From assembly GCA_044221725.1 (NCBI GenBank), contig JBGAON010000002.1, forward strand, positions 128,001-192,000: a stretch of 64,000 bases of DNA, written 5' to 3'. Positions 19,901-31,000 of the stretch are shown in pieces. The first letter of the stretch is position 1, and every line of letters begins with the position of its first letter. The position numbers and the translations under genes are program-made. This DNA is from Elusimicrobiota bacterium (GTDB lineage: Bacteria > Elusimicrobiota > Elusimicrobia > F11). The notes beneath the pieces are model-generated. The model was not told the origin of the DNA. It did not search any database and saw nothing but the letters and a program-made list of their open reading frames with translations.

Positions 19901-20275
19901 TTAACAAAGAAAAACGGTGTGGTCGCACAACGCAGCGAAGAACGCGCGCTCGATAATTTGCTTGAAGGGCAGTCGCAATTGGACGAGGCGATGTCCGCGA
20001 TGTCGGAGATGGCGATGCAACAAGGCGAGGGCGAAGAAGGACAGGGAGAAGGCGGCGGCATGAGCGGCGGACGACCGAAAGTGATTTCGCGAAAATCGGG
20101 CAACGGTCCCGGTGGTTTGCGCGGTTCGCAGATGGGAAAAGTGAGATTGCCGAACGCCGACGATTTCCGCGCACCGAAGGCCTTCCGCGAAGATTTGATG
20201 GAATCACTGAAGGAACATTACCCAAAAGTGTATGAAGACATTATCCAGAAATACTACAAGCGCCTCGCGCAATAG
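16973..20275 (+). CDS. DUF4175-like membrane-anchored protein with Ig-like domains and a long coiled coil
   Basis: 3 N-terminal TMs, PPAYTG, PDKAPTI, ARDDVGL, D.N.VTGPG, Q/E/M-rich coiled coil, C-terminal YEDIIQKYYKRL. Confidence 0.8.
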   Translation: MNAPSTHSHEQIQKFLRKADAAFVFRSALKGICRAVPVAFLAVLVLAGLDRSVEIAAWGRQLLWFLGALGCVFAFASGFYPLSLLTLLSKSQYLAKHGQTIRPDDLRIALELATGTSDGTSHELRERFVADVADRLTQSRAGWCFPEWKWKRPTLILVCTLFFVGALRAFFPAAVPLDGRVLFPFWSYEVERRIRVEPGDAQVPYGGEATIELTPQVGETGKPVLLVKTGDNWLELQPNYENSAKLAYTIKNIVTPLYYRVGLRGSWSRKFALTPVETLAVKKFDVKLVPPAYTGKSASEQTSPELTGLAGTDVLMNIEASGDMKGITLVFSDNREIVAEKISGRSAKFHFVLEKSGSYGFAMNPVSGLPMKAETNYPVNVVPDKAPTIMLLSPDQDVVVGEKEKLPLTFDARDDVGLGQIFLQWETPNGKSNRVAVKSFENITETALATVDWDLSNEKFSQAQVVRFRLEVQDKNKVTGPGVGFSEWRILEIRSFDMEHAVIEKALEAWRNKTVETLAQMTTLDKKMKAENADMSALSKEFDAAAQNMKKLDDVLKEIVSRMEQDPNADYGVWMEHKAIEENLNALNQTTVKNTQAAFQTQNKDVASQNVESLANELERMTALSEDMTKTQKARDVLQSSENLNDIGDSLSSLLEKGGGDESTKQKINQLLSDAQKDLAKMAQALQQMPEELPEDFVNQEALKNLELGKSQDILSQIADAVKNGDMARALDLAKKFSSAVKSMQKQLSKAHESFLESHSASDLSKKIKTQQEALQKVADEQRQILSDTQKLASQQLDEIMKQQEELLDTLAKRQSKVIGKSHAVVQENVNTVPMLSRLAGLQPIMTLVENELKSKRIDKSVDWLTSVTIQTKILRTDIEKSSASVTIIDPVREIDAEELAILSILKDPPAPKENVSAADEKTFQALDARQQELRKKTQSVRQELGKLSRRTASLTPSLMQALGRAGNEMKNASDELTKKNGVVAQRSEERALDNLLEGQSQLDEAMSAMSEMAMQQGEGEEGQGEGGGMSGGRPKVISRKSGNGPGGLRGSQMGKVRLPNADDFRAPKAFREDLMESLKEHYPKVYEDIIQKYYKRLAQ

Positions 20276-20773
20276 AAACAAAGAACAGTGGGGTGTATTT
20301 TTTTTCCTCCCCGTGTCTCATCAACGGGGAGGGTAGGGTGGGGTATTAATGGGCGTTCCAATTAAGGATGTTCGATTTATGTCCCTCCCTACCCTCCCCA
20401 CTGAGACGACGTGGGGAGGGATTCTTTTTCTCGCGTTGGTCGCAATGTTTTTATCGTCAGAGCGGGTTGGCGCGTTTCAGACCGAAATCAAGGAACATTC
20501 CTCAAAAGTGTATGAAGACATTATCCAGAAATACGACAAGCGCCTCGCGCAATAGAAACAAAGAACAGTGGAGTGTATTTTTTCCCTCCCCGTGTCTCAT
20601 CAACGGGGAGGGTAGGGTGGGGTATTAATGGGTCTTCCAATTAAGGACGTTCGATTTATGTCCCTCCCTACCCTCCCCACTGAAACGACGTGGGGAGGAA
20701 TTCTTTTCCTCGCGTTGGTCGCAATGTTTTTATCGTCAGCGCCGGTTGGCGCGTTTCAAACCGAAATCAAGGA
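20210..20773 (+). repeat. Tandem direct duplication of about 280 bp
   Basis: 20210-20489 vs 20490-20768 differ at roughly 15 positions by eye; aagga at all three junctions. Confidence 0.95.
20349..20555 (+). pseudogene. Chimeric 68-aa ORF created by the duplication
   Basis: N-terminus copies the leader of the 20628 gene; C-terminus (KEHSSKVYEDIIQKYDKRLAQ) copies the end of the 16973 gene. Confidence 0.6.
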
Positions 20774-22091
20774 TAAAAAAGATCTTTCGAGTTTCGAATT
20801 GTTGGAAGCGGGATTGGCGACGGAGAAAAATGTACCTCCGCCTGTGTATTGGCTGGGGCAGGGGGATTACGCAAAAGCGTTAAGCGCGCAAGGAGAGGAA
20901 GGGTGGCTTAAGGATTATCTCACCGGACTCAACAAAGTATTTCCGCCGCTCGTTCGGTTCGAATCCGAGCATTTTGTTTTGTGGACGCCACCCGATCAAA
21001 CATTTCTTAAAGATTACGCGCTTCCATCGCTGGAAAAAGCCGCAGCGCACTTCGAAAAACTTTTTGGACACCGCCCGGTCGGGAAGGTGCGCGTCGAAAT
21101 TTATTCCAACAAGGAAGATTTTTCAGTCGCATCCACGCTCAGCGATGAGACGCTGGAGCGTTCCGGCGCGATTGGTATCTGCAAATTCCATCGGCTCATG
21201 GTCATGTCACCAAAAACACTACCGCTCGGTTACCGTTGGTTGGACGCGCTTGCGCATGAGTACATGCATATGATGATCAACGAGCTCACGCATTCCAAGG
21301 CGGAATTGTGGTTGCACGAGGGAACCGCACGTTATTTTGAAAGCTCGTACCGGCTCGATCCGCCAGCGTTTCTTACTCCGGATCAAAAAACGAAGCTGCT
21401 CGAAGCGCTCGAACAAAAGAAATTGGTCGCGTTTGCACGCATGTCCCCTTCGATGGTTTACTTGAAGGATCAAGACGAAGTGTCGCTCGCGTTCGCGCAG
21501 GTGTCGCATGCGGTCAGTGTTCTCGTGCGCGATCGCGGCATGCCGCAGTTTGTGAAATTCCTCGTGTCGCTGCAGAAAATGTCGTTCGCACAGTCTTTTA
21601 AATCGAATTATGGAATGACACCGAGCAAGTTCGAGTCATATTGGCAGAATCAGTTGGGGAAAGAGAAGTGGGAAAAATCAAAAGGCACGATGTCGGATGA
21701 TGTTGTGTTTGCAACGCCCAAAGAAGACGACATGATTGGAGCCGATTCGCAGGCGCAAGTTCGGCTCGGAGACCGTATGCGACGACAGGGTCTGATGGAT
21801 GCGGCGCTGATTGAATACGAAAAAGCGCTGGAGGTTGAGCCAGACAATGCCGTTATTCTGTTAAAAGCGGCAAAAACAAATTTGGCGCTCGGGCAAAAAG
21901 ACGCTGCCATTACCCAGTTGCGACGCGCGATCGAAAAAAATCCCAATTATGTGACGCCGTATCTCGAGCTCGTGCCACTCGTTTCACCGGAACAAGCAAA
22001 GCCACTTCTCTACGAAGCGATTTCCATTAATCCGTTCGATCCGCGGATCGATTCTTACGAAATTTTGGCTGAGAAAATAGAGCGCCATTAG
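20628..22091 (+). CDS. Secreted peptidase MA-like (gluzincin) protein with TPRs
   Basis: Signal-like hydrophobic stretch, ESEHF, LAHEYMH, WLHEGTARYFE, C-terminal TPRs. Confidence 0.85.
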   Translation: MGLPIKDVRFMSLPTLPTETTWGGILFLALVAMFLSSAPVGAFQTEIKDKKDLSSFELLEAGLATEKNVPPPVYWLGQGDYAKALSAQGEEGWLKDYLTGLNKVFPPLVRFESEHFVLWTPPDQTFLKDYALPSLEKAAAHFEKLFGHRPVGKVRVEIYSNKEDFSVASTLSDETLERSGAIGICKFHRLMVMSPKTLPLGYRWLDALAHEYMHMMINELTHSKAELWLHEGTARYFESSYRLDPPAFLTPDQKTKLLEALEQKKLVAFARMSPSMVYLKDQDEVSLAFAQVSHAVSVLVRDRGMPQFVKFLVSLQKMSFAQSFKSNYGMTPSKFESYWQNQLGKEKWEKSKGTMSDDVVFATPKEDDMIGADSQAQVRLGDRMRRQGLMDAALIEYEKALEVEPDNAVILLKAAKTNLALGQKDAAITQLRRAIEKNPNYVTPYLELVPLVSPEQAKPLLYEAISINPFDPRIDSYEILAEKIERH

Positions 22092-25000
22092 GCGGACTGC
22101 AGAACGAGTCGCACGGTGCGTTCGATATCTTCGACACGAGGAATTAGGTTTTTTAATTCGAGGATGTCCGCGTTCGGTACGTGAACGTGCATGTCCCCCG
22201 AAAGTACAAAACGAACGTCTTTCGCTGACGTTACGCCCGAAGGCAGTTGTTGGTCATGGACACTTTCGGGGTCAAATATGTTGAATTTGATTCCTGCCTC
22301 CTTCTCTTCTTTGTATGTCTTAATCTCGATGCGAGCCCCCAAAAGCGCCAATGCGTTTTTGATTTTTTCGTAATGCTCCTTCGTGTGTGCATTATCTTTG
22401 ATAAGCCACACGGTGGGTTTCGTGAGTCCTGTAATTAGCATTCCTGCCGCTATTGATTGGGCGTTTTCGGTTCCTTGGAAAATGTACTCGGTCGCTTTGG
22501 TTGTGGCGGGTGCGGGCGTCACGAGTCCAAACGCTTCGATGATCACGGCTGTGAGTGCCGGCGCGTACAGATCGGCGGATTCTGGCGACATGTTCGGCAG
22601 TTGTTGACGCAGTTCGCTTCGAAACGTGCGTTTCTCCGCATTCTTTTCCCAGCGGTTTAATACCTCGTTTAAACCATATTGTTCGACGTGCGGCGCCAAC
22701 AGTCGCAACGCGGCCGCGCGGTCTTTCTTTGAAATTGCACTTACCAGATGTGCCAGAAGTTCCGCGTCAGCCTGTGCATATTTCGGCCGTTGGCGTGCGG
22801 ATTCATCCGCGTGCAAAAGATTGTTGGCGAAATAGTGACTGAGCATCGTGTTGAACCCAAAGTAGCGATACGTTTTTGCATCGCCAGGAATTACCAACGT
22901 TGAGGAATAGATTGCAAAAACAGCGATGAGTGTCGCAAACACGCTGTTCGTGAAGCGCGGTTCCGAAAACTGTTTTCCATAACGGCGATTGATCCACGGA
23001 ATGAGGAAATATTCCGCTGCATGCAGCGCTGCAAACAGGCTCCACGCGAACCTATTTGCTGTTTTGAAATCCATGCCGAGGTTGACGAATGCGCAGACAA
23101 CCAAAAACACGAAAGCGTTTTCAAGGAATGGCGCCACCATGCGGTTGTATGTTGTTGGGCCCAAGGAAGGGAAAAGCCATAAAACGCCGCCGCGGAGCGT
23201 GAACAATAATCCGCCGGTGCCAGAAGAATTGTTTTTCTTTGCGCGTTCGACGGCGCTGTAGAGAATGGGATAGGGCGACGCGTTAAATTCGATTTCCACG
23301 GGTGCTGGGGTCACCGATTCCGCGTTCGGATCCACGGATGGAATGTTTGATACGACAAAAAGCGGCCTCATGTCCGGCGTAACGGAATTTGATCCCCGAG
23401 GATTAAGCATCAGCGTTACGGAGGAATCAAGTTCCAGTGACTCTCCGGCAAAAAGAACTTGCCCCGAATGCATATTGGCTAAAACGGCTGATTTTCCAGG
23501 TCTTATTAAAGCCACGTAACAACTTCCATCGGCCTGCATTTGCACGAGGTACGTATTTTCTTTGTGGTGAAGTACAAATTCGCTTTCTTCGTATTGGAAT
23601 GAAAATCCTTTGTCGGGATCGATTCGAATGAAGAGTTTGACTTTTGTGCTCGCGACCATTTCACCATCGTTGTTGATTCTGCGTCGCGTTTTCTTCTCGA
23701 TTCTCGCCGCTGCCGCAATATGAGGAGGAACCGTTAATATGTTCGCAGCAGCAGCAAAATAGATGATGCCATCGGCATTGACAGCAAGGGCATCGTGAGA
23801 AGTGAGTGAGGATGAAATATCGTTTTGCGATAGCGGACCGTTCATGACGACGGTTTTTCCATTGGTTTTAAATTGCTTCCCGGAGAATTTCATGTGAAGC
23901 CACTGGCTGTATCGTGTCGTCAATAACCGCACCGGCTTCCCAGCGACGGCGCGATGCGCGAGCCGCACGTTGTCTGGAACTCGTGGACGGTTTAAGCGCA
24001 CCATTGTGCCATCCGCTGATTGTTCATCGACAATAGTGGCAATGAAAAATCCTTTTTCTTTTGTGACCATAATCGAGCGTTGATTGGCGAAATAGAATTT
24101 TTCTCCGAGTCCGAACGTCGATTCGCGAGGATGCGCGCCCGCGGAAATTGGTTCGTCAAAAAACTCTGACGCTTGTCCGTCTTCGATTTGAACAATGCGT
24201 TCGCCGGTGACGTGGCGGGTCAATTTGATTTGATCGTTTTCGATCGGCACGAATTCGTATTTATTGCTGGCGTCGATGCTGCGGGCTGATTGATTGTTGT
24301 CCAGGTAGATAATTACGGGGCCGATAAAAGCTTCTTTGAATTCAACGTGGTGGTTTGCATCTTTTAAAAGAGCCACCACCGGTGTTTCAACGTTTTCGTT
24401 GAGTTTGGTGCGAACATTGTTCAGCAACATAAGCATTTCTTTTTTGCTGAGATCGGTATTCCCGACGATGGGGTTGATCCAGTTTTCTCTAATGTCCGTT
24501 GGGATGCGCCGGTGTTCGATGGATTGGTTTGCAATCTGGTCAAGCAGTTGCGGCGCGAATGTGGTGTTGATAAGCCGTTCAAGCAGCGCGGTCTCGATAT
24601 TTTTCAGCTGTTGGTCACGAAGAGGATCTTTTCTGTTAACCAAGAAATGGGGGGCTGCGCTGGAGAGCACGGTGAGAAAAACCGCGATATTTGTTTGTTG
24701 AACGAACGAAAAAATAGTGCTGCCGAACAAAATTCCGGAAATAGCGACGATCAACGCTGCCATTGAATTGTAAGCGGGAGGCGCGTGGAATTTTGTGCCG
24801 AAGAATTTATGGAAAGCGAGAATTACGGCACGTTCGAACGGGTGAAGCAACGCGAAAACGGACCACGCAAAGATGTTCGCGGTGTTAAAGTCGTAACCGA
24901 ATTGCGCGGTCATAACAAAAACGGCGATGCCGACAAGAATGTTTTCAAAAGCCGGTGCTGCCCAGCGGTTATAGTCGGTCGTCGTCATCTTTTCACCGGT

Positions 25001-28000
25001 GAAAAATTGAAAGAACGGTGCGGTCGCCCATTGTCCCAATGGCCGCAGCGTGGTCAAAAGGCCGCCGGTGCTGGAGAAATCGTCTTCTTCTGGGCCTTCC
25101 CATCCGCTTTTGATGGCAAGTTGTGTCGCATCAATCAGCCACGTATGCGCAATATCGCGCAAAGTCGCTTTTGCATTTTGAAGGTCGCGCAATTCCACGT
25201 CTGTAAAATTGTTGTTCGCCGTGCCATAGGTCAGGGCTTCTTTAATTCTTGGTAGGCTTTCTTCTGCAATCCGATTCCATAAAAACAGGAGGTTCACCAG
25301 CCAATGGCGCGCCGTTGTATCCAGTTTTTTCGCGCGTTCTTCGGCCATCAGGATAGAGATAGCCATGGAAGCAATCAACAACTGCTCTGCCATGTAGGCG
25401 ATTTCTTTTGAATCTGTTTCCGGATTGAAACCACGCGCATTCCAAAATTCGCTTTCGAGTAATTGGGAATAACCATACGCGTCCACTTCATCCAGAAAAC
25501 GTGCGACGGGCGCCTTGCCATCGGTAAACCAAGGATCAAAAGGAATTTCCTTTTCTCCGTGGTGCATTCCAATGTCCGACATTTTCCGGATTACGGTGGA
25601 CAGATTATGCCGCCCTTCATGAACCAATGTGGACGCAATTTGAAGCGCTGTTAAACTTGCCGGATTGATCTTAATGACTCCCGATCGATTCGTTTCACCG
25701 TGCGATGGCAAGTCGGGATCGACAAGAATATTCGTTATTGCGGTGAGACTTTCCTTAATATAAGTCCGCTCGTGAAGAGGATCGGGTTGTTCCATTAGCA
25801 TCTTGAGAATTTCACCGGCTTTTTTGATCTTGTCGATATCGCGTTGCGAAGTGTCGGGGCCGTATTCAACCTGCAACAGGGGTTCGTTGAACGGCAAATA
25901 AAAGAATCCTGCCGGACCCCAGTTCTGTTTTCCCTTTAAGGCATTTGCGACGATGAGATTCAGCTGGTAAATTTTTGTTTGCCGATTAAAGATTTGCGTT
26001 TCGGCGCGTTGCATCACGTTTAAAAATTGATTCGCTTTCTTCCAGAAATACGAACCCAATAGATGATGCAGTTGATTTATTGGTAACGCGAGCACCGGTG
26101 CGAGAATTTGTTCAATAAACCTGTCGACGATCGGTTTAAATACCGGGTCGACGGTTGGAGCCTGCTCAATTACTCGGCGCGCGTGGTCCAAACGCTCCAT
26201 GATAAACGGCTCCGCTAGCTTCACTTGCGGATCTTGTTTCGCGAATTCAAGCCAGTCTTTTTTTCGGGTGGCGATCATTTTCAGCAAGTCGGCGCGGTCT
26301 CCTGTATTCTCAGGGATGGAAGCGACGCGCCAACCGAATGTGAGCGCGAACGCGTTGTAGAAAGCATGTGCGATGGTGTTTGCGAGATATCCCACCCAGA
26401 GCGAATGCGGGGAATCAATTCCAAAATAGAAAGAGGGAAGAATGGTGAGAAGCGTGAGCACGTAGCCGACGAACGCCGGTGGCGCGCGCATTCCGTGCGC
26501 ATTCGTGAACGCGCGCGCTTTTTCGCGGATCCATGGAAGCGCGAACAAAGCGGCAGCAAGCTTCGGTGCAACGACATGAACGGTATTGTCGCTCGGAACC
26601 ATTCCAATCGGCACGAGGCTCAACGAAAGCAACATTCCGATAAGGCCAATCATCGCGATACGCGATGACGCGGTCGGCAAGAAATACGTCAGCTCCACTC
26701 CCGCGGCCCCGAAAATCGTGTGCAGCACGTAATATATTTTGCCCGCCAGCGTGCCGTTAAGGAATTTGCCTCGCGCCCACGCGTCGTTGATCGAGGCGGG
26801 GGACACGAGAGTTGGGTTGTATAAGATAGCGTTCCGTTCCAATGGCTGGCGCGGGTCGTCGGCGGTCTCTTCCAATATGCGCGCGACATTGAAGTGTTTG
26901 ATTTTTGCGATTGGGAAAGCAATTGACGGAAGAATTCGCAGAAGTTGGTGCGACTCGGCATCCCAGATGCGGGTGGTCTCGTCAGCGCTTTGGGTCAAAA
27001 TGAGTTTTCCGTCCGGGCTGAACGCCGCGCCTCGAACACCGGCCAAGTGTCCTTCCATTTTCGCGATCAAATGACCATCGGTCGCGTTGAACAACCGAAC
27101 CGCTGTATCGTCGGCTCCGCTGGCAATCACATATTGGCCATCGGGGCTGAACGCAGCGGCGCTGATCCAGAACTTGTCCTCTGTTAAACGCAGATCTTTC
27201 TCGCGCCCATGTCTGTGCATTATGTAGGCCGTTTGATCCCAACTCGCCGCCAAAACACGCTCGCTATCCGGGCTGAAAGCAATGGCTGAGATCGTGCCCA
27301 TGGGCCCATTCAATACGTTGAGAATCTCACCCGTGTCCGTATCAAAAACGCGAACCGTGCCGCTTTCGGATCCGCCAATGGCGATCATCTTTCCATTCCT
27401 GCTGAACGCAACGGCATGGAGGGGCCACTGATTTTTGAACGCCCAGATCTCTTTTCCGTTTGAAACATTAAGAATGCGTAGCGTGCCATCGTCTCGCCCG
27501 ACGACGGCCACTTTTTTTCCGTCGAGGCTAAACACTCCGGCACCAAAACTTCCGAAATTCCCCGTTAGTTCAATGGTTGCGTTCCCAGATGGGTCAAATA
27601 TTGGGGCTGGATTGATACGATCGGCCAATAGGCCAAACCGCCCGTCAGGACTGTAGGAAACATGCTCAAACGTCTGCGAATGCCCTCTCAGCATTCGCAA
27701 TTGCTGGCCTTGATGCGCATCCAATATTCGGATGGTGCCATCCAGACTGCTGGTAACAATCTGTTCCCCGTTGGCAGTGAAATTGACTGCGAATAAATCA
27801 GCCGAATGGGTGGTCGGAATTCTTCTGTATTGCTCGCTTCTAAGATCAAACAGGTGCACGTCATTGTACGGGCCGACCGCAGCGAGCGTCTTGCCATCGG
27901 GGCTGAGCGCAATATCTCGGATTGGACGCGGAGGATCTGTGTTCCGCACAGAAATAATTTGACTCTCCGATGTGTCAAACACGATGATTGTGCAGTTGCT

Positions 28001-31000
28001 CGCTACACTGACCGCTATTTTATTTTCAGAATCGAATGCGACCGCTGTCACTCGTTCGGACTGCCCTCTTAATACCGCGATCGCTGGGCCGCCGGAAATT
28101 CGAAAAATTCGTGCGGTTCCAACCCCGTTTCCGGTAATTACGTATTCGCCGTCGGTACTGAAAGCCACGGCGTAGGTTTCGCCGCCGTTTGCGTCCAAAA
28201 TTGCGGTGACATTTCCGTCGGATGTCGAAAAAACTCTCGCCGTTCCGTCTTGGCTCCCCGTGGCGATTCGGTCTCCATTCGGACTAAACGCAACGGCATT
28301 AACGCGAAACGAATGTCCTTTCAAAATTGAATGTATCTTTCCTGTTGCGAGTTCGAACACCACAACGTTTTTCCCGAGAGGAACCGCAATCAGTTTCCCA
28401 TTGGGAGAGACGTTTTTCATGACCGGCTGCAGGTAGGCGCGGTAATCGTTAATCGTTTCGACGCGCGGCGCGACATTGTCCAGTGCCGCATCGTTTTTCT
28501 TTCGGGAATCTTTCGACATGTTCGCCGTGGCGGCGATCCATTTGAAAATGGATTCCATCGGCAGTTCGCGCAATTGTGTCGCTTGCGTTTCTAATAGATG
28601 GTTCACAGCATCGACAACTGTTCGCTCCGCCTCCGGATCGTTGTTAAGAGCCGACACAATTGCGGCCAACGTTTCAAATTTGCTCTGAAGGTGTGCCGCC
28701 GCAGAAAAATCAATGGAAGTAGAAAATCGTTGCAGCAGCAACTTCGCGAGTTCTTCTTTGCCTGGTTCCAGCGGGGAAGAGATGTCATTTAGCAGTCCAA
28801 CGGCATTTAAAATTGCCCGTATGCTTTTCGGCTTCTTGAGCTTCTGAGCCCGACCGACTAAGCGCGCCGTGTCCTCGGACGATTTGATAATTACCAGAGA
28901 TCGTGGAGTTGCGTACGGGTCCGCTTCCAAACCAAAAGATTCTTTTACGGTTTTTCCGACGTTCTTTTTATCATCGGACGTATCGAGATAACAGATAGCG
29001 ATGGTGAGCCCGGTAGCGTCGTACGAGAATGGATGTGTCACTTTTTCGGCTACGTCAATAAGAGCATCAGGAAAGTCTCTTTCAAACCCCCCGAACCGAA
29101 GATGAGCATGGACAACGGCGAAGTTTGCGTTGACGGGCGCATCCATTGTGCCGACAGATCTCTGAATTGGCGAGACCAGATACAGTTCCGTGGTTTCCTT
29201 TTGTTCATTTTCAACACGAATCACGGACGTGTGTGCGGGATCGAGACCGAACCTCACGAAAAGTTCTTCGCTGAGAAATTCCGCCATGTTTGCATCGGTC
29301 ATGCGCGCCGAGATGATTCCCTGCCCCGCGAGTGCGCGCACGTGTTCGATTTCCAAAAGTTGACGGATCGCTTCGAATGCACTCGCGGTAGGTGACCCGT
29401 TCGGCCTTTTTGTCTCTTTCATAGCGAGCAGCGCCTCTGGGGAGGAGCCCAATTCCGTGAAGCCCGCCAAGTCCATCCATACAAGAAAATCGTCCGCGGT
29501 AAGAATTGCGGCCTTCTCCAATTCCGCCCGCTCGTTCGCGAGAGGTTCGGAAACCTTTCGCCAGGTTGCAAAGAACGGTGTAAGTTCGTGGGCAAATGGG
29601 AACCGCGAGCCTAACGATACCGTGTCGAGCGTTGCGAGTACTTTCGTCGTAATGTCGCCGGGCTTCAGATATCTTTTTGCCGCATTGTACAGTCGAATGC
29701 GTGCGTCAACATTTGCAGGAAGCGCTCCTTGCAGGACGAGCAATCCAAAATAATCTTCGACTTCGGGATTTCTTAACTCACTGAGAAGCTCCTCTGGCGC
29801 ATCGGTGAGAAGTTTTCGGGCGACTGTTTCTGGTGATTCGGCTGCGGTTTCCACTTTCGCCTCATTTCTATCGATGTAACGGGTCAAATCGACGTACACA
29901 AACTGGCTGTCGTTGTGAATTCCTTGACCGGTGAAACCCTGTCCGCTTAGCTCAAGCAGGTGTCTCGCGCTTATTTCGCGTAGGTTGGGGATTAGGAGCG
30001 CGCGGTATCCTTTTTCGGCCAGAAGCGTGAAGAGTCGACTGAAAAACAATTTTTTCGGGGACCATGTGCGATCGTCCATTGGTTGATAGATGAAATGGTC
30101 GGAGGTCTTTGTAAGACTTCCGTGAGCGAGCCACAATTGCTTTCCAGGTTCGTCCATTCGCTCACCGTATCGATTCAACGGTAAAGGAATTGGAATTTGT
30201 GGCACTTGCAAATTTAAATCGAGGAGCGTGCGTTCTTCGGCTGTCTGGTCAATTTGAAGAGCGTAACTCGAAATAATTGGCAGCGTGTCCGTCGCGGTTG
30301 GCGGCGCCGCCGCAAAGTGGGCCATTGAAACTTGTAATTTAAAACCACCGGCGATTGTGTAGGACCGAAATATCCGGAGCAGTTGGCTTGCATCCTCAAA
30401 AGACAGTGTTGGGTTTTTTGTAGGGGCGTATTTTTCTCTCAGTAGTTTCATGAACGCTTCGTTGTCGATGATGGTTTTGTCGTCAGCGGCCGACGCCGTG
30501 GGCCATCCAAAAAAAAGTGCGAATGCATTGTAGAGAGCGTGTCCCGTGTAGTTTGCGAGATAACCCCAAAGAGCGTGGGGGGAATCAATTCCGGAATAGA
30601 AGGAAGGAAGAATCGTGATGCCGGCGAGCACGAGTCCAACGAAGGGTGGCGGTGCGCGTAACGGGTGAGCGGCCGTGAACTCTTTTGCCCGATTTCGGAT
30701 CCACGGGATGGCAAAAAAAGCGGCGGCAATTTTAACCGCAATCACGTCAAAACCATTGTCGCTCGGAACGATCCCGAGCGGAATTAGGCTTAGCGATAGA
30801 ACCATTCCGACAAGCCCCAGCGTACCCATCCGCGATGACGCGATCGGTAGGAAATACCTCAACTCCACCCCCGCGGCCCCGAAAATCGTGTACAGCGCAT
30901 AATAAATTTTCCCACGGACAGTGCCGCGGAATTTGCCATGAAAAAACGTTTCGCGCGCCCACGTGTCGTTGATCGAGGCCGGTGGAAACGTGGTCTTCGC

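Noticed and set aside
20210..20773. Possible CRISPR array or IS ends
   Set aside because: Only two long units containing gene fragments; no spacers, cas genes or transposase
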